The notes under the pieces are model-generated. The model worked only from the letters and a program-made list of their open reading frames with translations, ran no database searches and was not told where the DNA came from. From contig CAVVSY010000012.1 of the NCBI GenBank assembly GCA_963751005.1, positions 380,565 through 444,564 on the forward strand: DNA of 64,000 nucleotides, given 5' to 3'. This DNA comes from an uncultured bacterium. Its GTDB lineage: Bacteria; Actinomycetota; Acidimicrobiia; Spongiisociales; ZC4RG35. This document shows positions 46,922 through 56,315 of this stretch, piece by piece. A program made the translations under genes and the position numbers. The stretch's first letter is position 1; the number at the start of each line of letters is the position of its first letter.

Positions 46922-48185
46922 TGGAGCGATTCGAGATGTGTGGCGACGGAGTAGTCGAGGATCTCGGGGCCGCGTTCGCTCAAGGCGACGTGGGTCACCG
47001 AGGTGTTGGCCGGAGTGAAGAAAGACTCGGAGTGAGTGTCGGTGGTCTTGGTCAGCGACGAGATGTACGAGCGGATGGCGCCTCCATGAGCGACGGCGAG
47101 TGTAGGCCCACCCGGCTCGTGCTCCAGGGCCGTCAGGGCGGCCGAGATCCTGACGGTGAGCTGCTCCCAGCTCTCGCCGGTGTTGCCTCGTGGGAGATCC
47201 ACTGCCGTTGACGTAGATCGTCTCCATCACCTCCGGCCACGCCGCCTCGATCTCGGAGGTGGTCATCCCTTCCCACTCCCCCATGTCGATCTCCATGAGC
47301 TCCCTGACCGAGACGACCCCGTTGGCGGCGACACGTTGCGCCGTCGAGGTGGCTCGTTTCAACGGGGAGGTGTAGACAGCGGGGATGACGCCCGTACCAC
47401 TCCCCGAGCAAGTCGGCTTGTCGGACCCCCAGCTCGTCGAGATCCCAGTCACCTTGTCCCTGCCAGCGTCCCTCCACGTTGGCAAGCGTCTGGCCATGGC
47501 GGATCAGGCTCAGCACCGGCTCTCCCTTGGCGACGTGCGCTTCGACCAGGGCCGAGCGCGGGCCGAGATGCCCGGTGTCGTTGAAGCTGGCCAGACGGGG
47601 ACGTCCGAATTGACGAACGATCCTGGTGATGGACGTGTTGGAGCTGAACGCGTGAACCCGGCGGCCGCTTCCTGCCATGTGCCGGTTGAGGACCGGCTGC
47701 ATGAAGCCTCCGTGGGTCACCACCGCCGTGACCTGACCCTCCGACATGGTGTCGAACAGGGCGTCGACGGCTCCGATGGCCCGATTGGCCACCTGGTTCA
47801 GACTCTCACCACGCCGGCCCATGGGCAGGTCTCGGTCGGCGATCGCCCCGGCCAGCTCCTCGCCGTGGCGGGACTCGACCTCGCTGAAGGCCATGCCCTC
47901 CCAGTCGCCGAGGTCGATCTCGGTGAAGGCCTCGTCGACCGTCACCTCCGAGGCGAAGGCGGCGGCCGTCTGGCGGGCACGCGTCAGGGGAGATGAGATC
48001 ACGGCGTCGAAACGCCAGGTGGAGAGTCGCCGCCCCAGGAGGTCGAGGCTGGCCAAACCGGCCTCGCTCAGCTCGCCGTCGGTCCGCCCGTTCCACACCC
48101 CATCGAGGTTCGCCTGCGACTCGGCATGCCGGATGAACACGATCTCCTTACGGGAGTCGTGGACCGGATAGGGCTGATGGGACAT
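46918..48185 (-). CDS. tandem two-domain histidine phosphatase (frameshifted)
   Basis: IRHAES..SSPL.RA..THGG and IRHGQT..TSPLKRA..AHGG. Confidence 0.88.
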
Positions 48186-48232
48186 GGCTTTCGAGCTTAC
48201 GAGCGGTTGCGGAGACTGGCGATTTCGCACCG

Positions 48233-48279
48233 TTCTGTGAGTGGAATCGTCCAGATTCTGGACGATTCCACTCACAGAA
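48233..48279. repeat. 47-bp palindrome (23-bp arms, 1-nt centre)
   Basis: TTCTGTGAGTGGAATCGTCCAGA-T-TCTGGACGATTCCACTCACAGAA. Confidence 0.95.
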
Positions 48280-48285
48280 GGTCGG

Positions 48286-50347
48286 TCAGCCGACGAATGC
48301 CGAGGCGAAGATGAGGGAGACGATGGTCATCACCTTGATGACGATGTTCATCGCCGGGCCTGAAGTGTCCTTGAACGGGTCGCCGACGGTGTCGCCGATC
48401 ACCGCCGCCTTGTGGGCGTCGCTCCCCTTGCCGCCGAAGGCACCGGTCTCGATGAACTTCTTGGCGTTGTCCCAGGCGCCCCCGGCATTGGCCATGAAGA
48501 TGGCGAGCAGGAAGCCGGTCACCAGCGCCCCACCCAAGCAGACCGCCCAGGGCCTCGACGTCGATGAACCCGACGATCAGCGGGAGGGCGATGGCGAGCG
48601 ACCCGGGGATGATCATCTCGCGGAGGGCGCCGGCGGTGGCGATGTCGACACAGGTGGTGTAGTCGGGCTTGGCGTCCGGGAGCCCCTCGCGCAGTCCGGG
48701 GATCTCCCGGAACTGACGCCGCACCTCGTCGATCATCTTGCCCGGCGGCACGACCCACCGCATTCATGGTCAGAGCGGCGAAGAGGAAGGGGAACATCGC
48801 TCCGAGGAAGAGCCCGATGGTCACCGGTGCCGACGAGATGTCGATCGGTCTCGAGACCCACCGCCTCGGTGAAGGCGCTGAACAGGGCCAGAGCGGTGAC
48901 GGCCGCCGAGGCGATGGCGAAGCCCTTGGCCACCGCGGCGGTGGTGTTGCCGAGCGAGTCGAGGGCGTCCGTCGCCTCGCGGACCTCGGCAGGAAGATGC
49001 GCCATCTCGGCGATGCCACCTGCGTTGTCGGCGATCGGGCCATAGGCATCGACCGAGATCGTGATCCCCAGGGTGGCGAGCACGCCGATGGCGGCGATGG
49101 CGACGCCGTAGATGCCCCCACCCTCGCCCATCGCCCAGTCACCGGCCCAGTAGGCGGCACCGATCCCGGCGGCGACGACGATGACCGAGTAGGCGGCCGA
49201 GCGCATGCCCTCGGCGATCCCGGAGATGATCACCGTCGCCGGGCCGGTCTGTGACTGGCGGGCGATCTCCTTGACGGTCTTGTAGTGATCGGAGGTGAAC
49301 CACTCGGAGATCTTCCCGACGAACCAGCCCACGACGAGGCCGGCCACGACGGCGATCCAGATCCCGATCCAGTTCTCGGCGACCTCACCGAACACCCAGT
49401 AGGCGAGCCCGGCCACCCCCAGGGCGGTGACGATCATGGCGAAGTTGGTGCCGCGATGAAGGGCGGCAGCCAGGTGTGACTCGTCCTTGGCCCTGCACCA
49501 GGAACGACCCGATCGATCGAGGCGAACATGCCGAGGGCGGCCACGGCGAGAGGGAAGATGATCGCCGACGCCCGCAGATCGCCGCTGAAGACGAAGATCG
49601 AATAGGCGACCGGGGCCACCAGCGAGCCGACATAGGACTCGAAGAGATCGGCGCCCATCCCGGCGACGTCCCCGACATTGTCACCGACGTTGTCAGCGAT
49701 GACCGCCGGGTTACGCGGGTCGTCTTCGGGGATCCCCGCTTCGACCTTGCCCACGAGGTCGGCGCCGACGTCGGCAGCCTTGGTGAAGATGCCCCCGCCC
49801 ACCCGTGGCGAACAGGGCGATCGACGAGCCGCCCAGCCCCACCGCGGTGACGATGTCGACCCAGTTGTCGTCGGCGAGCGGGCCGTCGACCCCGAAGAGC
49901 CAGAAGGCGAGGGCGACGCCGAGCAGCCCGAGACCGGCGACGGTGAAGCCCATGACCGCTCCCCGCGGAAGGCGACAGGCAGGGCGGCGGGATGCCCCCG
50001 GCCCTCGCCGCCTCGGTGGTGCGGGAGTTGGCAGCCGTGGCGATCCGCATCCCGACGAAGCCGGCGAGACCCGAGAGGAGCGCACCGAAGACGTAGGCGA
50101 CGGCGCCCCATGGACGACCCCAGTCGAGGAGGACCGCGATGAGGACCGCCATCACGACGACGAACACCGAGACCCAGATGTACTCGCGGCGGAGGAATGC
50201 CATCGCCCCCTGTCTGATCGCGGTGGAGAGCTCGATCATGCGCTCGTTGCCCTGGGGGGCGGCCAGCACTGCACGGGTGTAGAAGACGGCCAGGAGAAGG
50301 GCCAGCACACCCGCGACGAGCGCGATGTAGAGAATCGTATCCGTCAT
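48286..50347 (-). CDS. hppA: membrane-bound ion-translocating pyrophosphatase (frameshifted)
   Basis: [49 protein letters not shown]. Confidence 0.95.
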
Positions 50348-51249
50348 TTTGCGTAGTCCTCCGCGGGGCCTGAGAGCGTTCGGGCGGTGCAGGAGTATAG
50401 GGAGGGACTCGGGCTCAAACCGAAACCGAATGTCGGGCGCAGCCTGACATCCCGCAGCTGATTCAGATCGACCGATTTGGCCCGTTCCAGCGCGGAGACC
50501 ATCACCGCGACCGAATAGGGGCCGGCGACGGCCGCCTCGTCGAGGGCCATCTCACCGGCGACGTAGGCCGATGCCAGGTCGGCGACGGCAGTCAATTCCG
50601 CATGTTGGGACCGGACGAAGCTCTCGTCCACCACGTCGCCGTGACCGGGCACGGCCACCGCGGGCATGTCTTCGGCGGCGAGTCGAAGTGTGAGGGGCCA
50701 CAACTCGGGATAGCTGTCGCCGAAGTTCGGTGGCCCCCCGTCTTCGATCATGTCGCCGAAGAAGGCCACCCCCGAGTCGGGGACCCGGATCACGATGTCG
50801 GCGTCGGTGTGGGCCAGCCCGTGATAGGTGAGATCGACGCGGCGCCCGATGGCCAATGAAGCCCGGTCGGAGAACGTGCGGCCCGGCGGCAGGATCTCGA
50901 CCTCGTCGAGATCAGGATGTTGCTCGGGCGGCAGCCACTTCTTCGCGCTGCGTTTCATCTCCTCGCCGAGCTCCTCCAACCCGACCCGGCACAACTCGTG
51001 ACCCCAGATCTCAGCTTCCCGAAATAGTGCGTTGCCGTAGGCGTGATCCCAGTGCCAATGGGTGTTCACCACCCAGCGCACCGGAAGGGCTGAGAAGTTC
51101 GACAGTTCGGAGCGGAGCTCTGCCGCCTCGCGATGAGTGGAGCGGGTGTCGACGATGAGGAGACCGTCTTCGCCGATGACGACTCCGACGTTCAGGTCGA
51201 GCGACTCGTAGCGTCTTCTGAAGACCCCTTCGCCGATCTCCTGGAACAT
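50344..51249 (-). CDS. MBL-fold metallo-hydrolase (true stop may be near 50463)
   Basis: [16 protein letters not shown]. Confidence 0.88.
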   Translation of the reverse strand: MFQEIGEGVFRRRYESLDLNVGVVIGEDGLLIVDTRSTHREAAELRSELSNFSALPVRWVVNTHWHWDHAYGNALFREAEIWGHELCRVGLEELGEEMKRSAKKWLPPEQHPDLDEVEILPPGRTFSDRASLAIGRRVDLTYHGLAHTDADIVIRVPDSGVAFFGDMIEDGGPPNFGDSYPELWPLTLRLAAEDMPAVAVPGHGDVVDESFVRSQHAELTAVADLASAYVAGEMALDEAAVAGPYSVAVMVSALERAKSVDLNQLRDVRLRPTFGFGLSPSPSLYSCTARTLSGPAEDYAK

Positions 51250-51255
51250 CTGGCC

Positions 51256-51286
51256 ACGTTAGACCTTCGAGCTCACTTGAAGTCGA
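51256..51286 (-). promoter_or_regulatory. SoxR box inside a 19-bp-spacer promoter
   Basis: -35 TCGACT, 19 nt, -10 TAACGT; CTTCGAGCTCACTTGAAG (51265-51282) matches 13/18 of CCTCAAGTTAACTTGAGG. Confidence 0.8.
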
Positions 51287-51302
51287 GCTCTACAATCGCA
51301 CC

Positions 51303-51764
51303 ATGGACTGGCTGACCATCGGTGAGCTGGCCTCGCGATCGGGGGTGGCGACCTCTGCACTTCGCTTCTACGAGACCAAGGGGCTGATCGCCTCGAGGCG
51401 GACCGACGGCAACCAGCGCCGCTACCCGCGGGCGACGTTGCGCCGGGTTGCCCTGATCCGGGCAGGTCAGGAGGTCGGTCTCTCCCTCGCCGAGCTGGCA
51501 AGTGCGTTGGAGACGCTCCCTCATGACAAGGTCCCGACCAAGACCGACTGGGAACGTCTCTCTCGATCGTGGCGCAACCGGCTCGACGGCCAGATCGCAG
51601 AGCTGGTCGCTCTCAGGGACGAGCTGACCGACTGCATCGGGTGCGGCTGTCTCTCCCTCAAGTCATGCGCCATCTTCAACCCCGACGACGCCGCATCGGA
51701 TCTGGGGACCGGGCCGCGTTATCTGCTGGGCGACAGCCGGGACGCGGTAGCCGTCGACTCCTGA
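51303..51764 (+). CDS. soxR: redox-sensitive transcriptional activator SoxR
   Basis: MerR HTH, GNQRRY, CIGCGCLSLKSC. Confidence 0.96.
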   Translation: MDWLTIGELASRSGVATSALRFYETKGLIASRRTDGNQRRYPRATLRRVALIRAGQEVGLSLAELASALETLPHDKVPTKTDWERLSRSWRNRLDGQIAELVALRDELTDCIGCGCLSLKSCAIFNPDDAASDLGTGPRYLLGDSRDAVAVDS

Positions 51765-52623
51765 AGGGCATCCGCCGAGACCAGGACATAGGCGACCCAG
51801 AGCGCATCGGCGAGCGCCAGATGGACGAGCTGCATCCACACCGGGACGCCGAGAGCGACGTTGGCGAGCCCGGTCAGCATCATGAGGCCGACCAGGATCG
51901 GGATCGCGGTGGACCATCTGGTCTGCGGAGGAGCGGCACGGGAGGCCACCCACCACCCCGACGGCGACCACGACCACGGCGAGCAGCGGGTGGACGATGC
52001 GGAGGTCGGTCAGGAAGTGCTCCTGACCCGTGATGTCGGTCCCGGACGCCTTGGGGAAGAGAGTGTCGGCGAGGGCGGTGATCGCTCCTGTTGCCGCGAG
52101 CAAGAGCAGCGCCACACCCCCGAACACGACTGCTCGCGTCATCGGCCCGATCCCTTCTCGGGTCGAGACGGCCCCCGCCATCGAGCCAGAAGATGGTGAG
52201 CGCCAATGCGGCGAGCAGGAAGAAGGTGTTGAGCAGATGAAGGGGAACCGAGATGGCCCGGGCGGTCGACGTGTCGTCGGCGACCCACTCGGCGAGGACG
52301 ATCATCGCCCCGATCAAGGCTTCGCCGACGATGGCGATCACCGACAGAGCCGCGCCGGTGCGGGCCGGCTCCCCCCGAGGGACGTTCCTCCAGACCAGGA
52401 CGGCGAGAACGCCCACTGCGATCAGAGCGAGGCCGCTCACTGCTCGATGGGTGAACTCGATCGCCGTCGCCCCCTCCAGCGGGGGGACGACCTGGCCGAC
52501 GCATGTAGGCCATGACCGACCGCACCCGGCGCCGCTGCCGGTAGCTCGGACCAAGGCGCCGAGCAGGATCACCACGACGTTGAGGCCGAGCACGAACCAG
52601 GCGTACCTGGTCAGGGTCTTCAC
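51719..52623 (-). CDS. ctaA: COX15/CtaA heme A synthase family (frameshifted)
   Basis: GALVRATGSGAGC..WPTC, EFTHR, further conserved His residues. Confidence 0.82.
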
Positions 52624-52675
52624 CGGGCAAGGTTAGGGATCGGACGAGGGAAGTCGATCTGCCATCATCGCGCCC

Positions 52676-52801
52676 GTGGATCCTGCGACGACACTGGCCC
52701 TGGACGGTGGCTATTGGCTCTCCGGCGTCCTCACCGTCATTGCCGCGGCCATCGTCACGGTGGTGATCCTCGTCTCGTCCCGGTCCGACGACAGCCTTTG
52801 A
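52676..52801 (+). CDS. 41-aa single-TM protein (not in ORF track)
   Basis: MDPATTLALDGGYWLSGVLTVIAAAIVTVVILVSSRSDDSL; stops 4 nt before next ATG. Confidence 0.55.
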   Translation: MDPATTLALDGGYWLSGVLTVIAAAIVTVVILVSSRSDDSL

Positions 52802-52805
52802 CCAG

Positions 52806-53759
52806 ATGACCATTCACGAAAGCATCGTCGACCTCATCGGCGCAACTCCACTCGTCCGACTGTCCCGCCTCCATCCCCCCGGGAACCTGGTGGCCAAGCT
52901 GGAGTTCATCAATCCGGGAGGGTCGGTCAAGGAGCGGATCGCGGTCACCATGATCGAAGACGCCGAGCGTCTCGGGCTCCTCCGCCCGGGTGGCACCATC
53001 ATCGAGCCCACGTCGGGGAACACCGGGGTCGGTCTCGCCATCGTGGGCGCGGTGCGTGGATATCGCGTCATCTGCACGGTCCCCGACAAGGTGTCCAGAG
53101 AGAAGCAGGACCTGTTGCGCGCGTACGGCGTCGAGGTCATCGAGACACCCACCGAGTACGGGCCGGATCATCCTGAGTCGTACTACGGCGTCGCCCGGCG
53201 TCTCGCCACCGAGATCGAGGGCGCCTTCCACCCCAACCAGTACCTCAACGAGGCCAACCCTCGGGCCCACTACGAGAGCACGGGGCCCGAGATCTGGGAA
53301 CAGACCGCCGGTGCCGTCGACGTCTATGTCGCCGGGGTGGGGACGGGTGGGACCATCACCGGGGCCGGGCGGTACCTGAAGGAGCGCAAGCCGGAGGTCG
53401 AGGTGGTGGGGGCCGATCCCGAGGGATCGATCTACACGGCCGGTCCCGATGGGGACATCCACCAATACGACGTGGAGGGGGTCGGCGAGGACTTCTATCC
53501 CGACACCGTCGACCTGGAGATCATCGACAGGTTCATCGAGGTGACCGACGCAGATTCGTTCGCCATGGCCCGACGTCTCGCCCGCGTCGAAGGCGTGCTC
53601 ACCGGGGGCTCCGGAGGATTGGCGGTCGTCGCCGCGCAACAGGTGGCGATGGAGACCCCTGACCGTCTCGTCGTCGTCCTGGTCCCTGATTCGGGAAGGG
53701 GCTATCTCTCCAAGGTCTTCAACGACGACTGGATGAGGGACAGGGGCTTCGCCACCTGA
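52806..53759 (+). CDS. cysteine synthase / cystathionine beta-synthase family
   Basis: NPGGSVKER, EPTSGNTG, GVGTGGT, PDSGRGYLSK. Confidence 0.92.
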   Translation: MTIHESIVDLIGATPLVRLSRLHPPGNLVAKLEFINPGGSVKERIAVTMIEDAERLGLLRPGGTIIEPTSGNTGVGLAIVGAVRGYRVICTVPDKVSREKQDLLRAYGVEVIETPTEYGPDHPESYYGVARRLATEIEGAFHPNQYLNEANPRAHYESTGPEIWEQTAGAVDVYVAGVGTGGTITGAGRYLKERKPEVEVVGADPEGSIYTAGPDGDIHQYDVEGVGEDFYPDTVDLEIIDRFIEVTDADSFAMARRLARVEGVLTGGSGGLAVVAAQQVAMETPDRLVVVLVPDSGRGYLSKVFNDDWMRDRGFAT

Positions 53760-53771
53760 GTCGTGGAACGT

Positions 53772-53800
53772 GAGAGACCCCGCCAGAGGCGGGGTCTCTC
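53772..53800. terminator. 13-bp stem terminator-like hairpin
   Basis: GAGAGACCCCGCC-AGA-GGCGGGGTCTCTC. Confidence 0.75.
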
Positions 53801-54003
53801 GATAGATGGCAGCCCGGACATTTCACTGATGGTGCTGCGGTAGGACTAGATCCGCAGTAGTCGGGGCCGGGTGGTCCAAGTTTGGAGTCGCCACCGGTTC
53901 CGAAGAACGAGCGGCGCATTCAGCGGTCAGCGCCGCTCAGCGCTTGGCCACCTCCAGAGTCCTGAGACATTCATGCAAGTTCGGACCACCTCCTTTCTCT
54001 GGT
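53772..54003 (-). ncRNA. candidate structured RNA (6S/Ms1-like size) with mini-ORF
   Basis: Extended -10 TGGCAGAAT near 54010-54018, multiple stems, closing helix AGGTGGC/GCCATCT, terminal hairpin. Confidence 0.5.
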
Positions 54004-54064
54004 AGCCAGATTCTGCCACAGGCGCAATCGTGGTGGAACGGTTTTTTCCCGGACTCACGCGGTC

Positions 54065-54294
54065 ATGGACACGGGGACGCGGTGCCGGTGGCCCTCACTT
54101 ACCCCGGTGGCTACGACGACATCGTGAGCTTCTCTGACTGGATCGACAGCAGTGGGGCGAGGTGGTCAACAGTGTCGAGTCGTCGAGCCCCAGTCGGTGG
54201 TTGGACCCGTCAGGAGATGGCGGCGGATCCACCATCAACGTCGTGGACCTTGGTGAGTGGCAGGGTGCAGGTGTTGTTGATCACCGACGCCTAG
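54065..54294 (+). CDS. small hypothetical protein (probable frameshift near start)
   Basis: MDTGTRC then VALTYPGGYDDIVSFSDWID...LLITDA. Confidence 0.45.
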
Positions 54295-54935
54295 AGCCGC
54301 AGGTTCCCGAAGAAGGAATCCCACCAGTCATTGAGCGCTCCCAGACCCTCGCCGACGGCCCAGATGAAGGCGACGACCAGGGCGACGATGGCCACCAGTG
54401 TGGCCAGGGAGCGCACCCGGTACATCTGGCGCTGGGACTCGTCCTCCATGTAGGACATGTCGACCATGCTCGGAGTGGGCACCGTCTGCACGAAGGGATC
54501 GGGTGGTGCGACATATGCCGGCCCCGCCGCCACCCCGACCAGTCGTCTCGCCGGCTCGCGTGGCACCGGGGAAGTCTCTGCGGGAGAGCCCGGGTCGTCG
54601 ATCTTCGACTACGGGTCGGCGAGATGGGCCGGTGACTCGCGACTGGGCTCGGGTGGGGCGAGCGTGGCCAGAGCTTGTTCCACGGTGGGGCTGGTCTCCT
54701 CGAACAACAGGGGTCTCGACCTCGGCCTTGTCGAACAGCTGCCGCTCGTCGACCCCGAGGATGGCGGCGAGGGCTTCGAGCACCTTGGGGTCGTTGGGCG
54801 GGACTTGTCCCTCTCCCAGGCGCGCACGGTCGCAGTGGAGCGACCCACCAACTCGGCGAGCTTGGCCTGACTCAGACCCAACTTGGTTCGCCGGTAGCGC
54901 ACGGTGCGACCGAAACTTCTCTCCGGCATATCCAT
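54291..54935 (-). CDS. XRE-family HTH protein with C-terminal TM helix (frameshifted)
   Basis: RRTKLGLSQAKLAELVG.S..TVRAWE; LATLVAIVALVVAFIWAV. Confidence 0.75.
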
Positions 54936-54989
54936 GAGAGCGTATATACCCGCCCGAAGGTTCCCCAAACGATCGACGACCAAAGACCT

Positions 54990-55032
54990 CGAACCCGGGG
55001 TTCATATCGCCATATACGGCGGTTATCCGCTC
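54990..55032. repeat. REP-like family copy
   Basis: 36/43 identical to 10602-10644. Confidence 0.8.
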
Positions 55033-55066
55033 ATCTACGGCCCGTCTAGCCTCGACCGTCCACCTC

Positions 55067-55162
55067 GGAGGCGTACGGACGCCTGGTGGGTCCCCCGGTC
55101 TTCAAAACCGGTGAGAGGCCGATACGGTCTCTGGCGGGTTCGATTCCCGTCCGCCTCCGCCA
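55067..55162 (+). tRNA. selC: tRNA-Sec (TCA)
   Basis: 96 nt, CT-TCA-AA loop, long variable arm GAGAGGCC..GGTCTCT, GGTTCGATTCC, GCCA end. Confidence 0.95.
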
Positions 55163-55876
55163 GCCTGGCCGTAGCGATTAATTCCCGTGACGTCGCTCTC
55201 CGCCGGTGCCTGCGTGCCCGCTCAACATTCGCCTGCAGCCCGATTGGAGGTGAACGACATGCCCAATCGATTCGGTACTTGCGCCCTGTCGGACTCACCT
55301 GAACTGGGCCCTCGGGCCGGAGCGAGAAAGGAACCGGATGGGTGGGCTGAACCCATATCCAGCGCTGCACCGCACCAGAGCAGTCAAGCCGGACGTGCGC
55401 AGACCACCGCCGCAGCATCGGACAAGGAATCGACAGCCCATGTATTACGTCGCCAAGCGGATCGGCCAAGACGATGGAGAAGCCAGCATCGAGCAGGACC
55501 AAGAAGTGGCGACGACTAGACAACTAGACAGCGAGCGAGCAGGACAACGCCCCCGGAGCAGATCGACTGACGGCTCGTCGACATCACCACACGAGGGCCA
55601 TCTGACCAGGCGGTCCTTCCGTAGCCACGTCGGGGTGGTTCATGCGACTGGTTGCAGAGGAGTGAAACGTGGGAAGAACCGCCTACTGCGTCGCATGGCC
55701 TCGGAGTGATCCTCGTGCTCGGGCCTTCTGAGGCTAAGGCTCAAGCAGCGTCAGCCAAGGGCACGAGAGGCAGAAACTACTTCTGCTAGCCGTCTGGATG
55801 TGAAGAAGCTACAGGCCCCCATGGGCGATGTTCAGGGCCTGCATCGTGGCGCCACGAAGGGAGCGATCGCTTCCTT

Positions 55877-56260
55877 CTAGACCGGCTCGAACTCGATGAA
55901 TGGCGAGGCGGCCACCCACTTGTGCAGGCTCGCGTCGACACCTTCCGGAGGAGAGTCCCAGTTCTCGATGAGGGCGCGACGCAGGATGCGGCCCCGCTCC
56001 TCCTCATCCGGCTCCGGTTTGCCGGTGACCGCCACATCGGCGGTGATCCCGCGCTTGAGATGCAGGGTGAACTCGGGGTGGGCGATGATGTTCGCCTCCC
56101 AGTCGCGGCGTCGTGACGAGGGCCGCCCGGTCAGGTAGTACCGGCCGTCGAACTGGTGGAAGTAGATCTCGATCCGTCTCGGGGTGCCCGTCTTGCGACC
56201 GATGGTGGTGATATCGGCGATGCCGCCGGCATCGAGGGCTGCTCTCACATCCTGTTCCAT
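55877..56260 (-). CDS. deazaflavin (F420)-dependent nitroreductase family protein
   Basis: ITTIGRKTG.PR, DWEANI.AHP. Confidence 0.8.
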   Translation of the reverse strand: MEQDVRAALDAGGIADITTIGRKTGTPRRIEIYFHQFDGRYYLTGRPSSRRRDWEANIIAHPEFTLHLKRGITADVAVTGKPEPDEEERGRILRRALIENWDSPPEGVDASLHKWVAASPFIEFEPV

Positions 56261-56315
56261 ACCAGGGTGAACCGGTGACGGGACGTCCCTGTTCCCCGGC
56301 TACCGTCACCGCCCC

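Noticed and set aside
18084-48279. Palindromes as CRISPR repeats
   Set aside because: Each is isolated, with no repeat-spacer periodicity and no cas genes.
53984-53998. 16S rRNA gene fragment
   Set aside because: Only a 15-nt resemblance to the 3' tail; the flanks are not rRNA-like.
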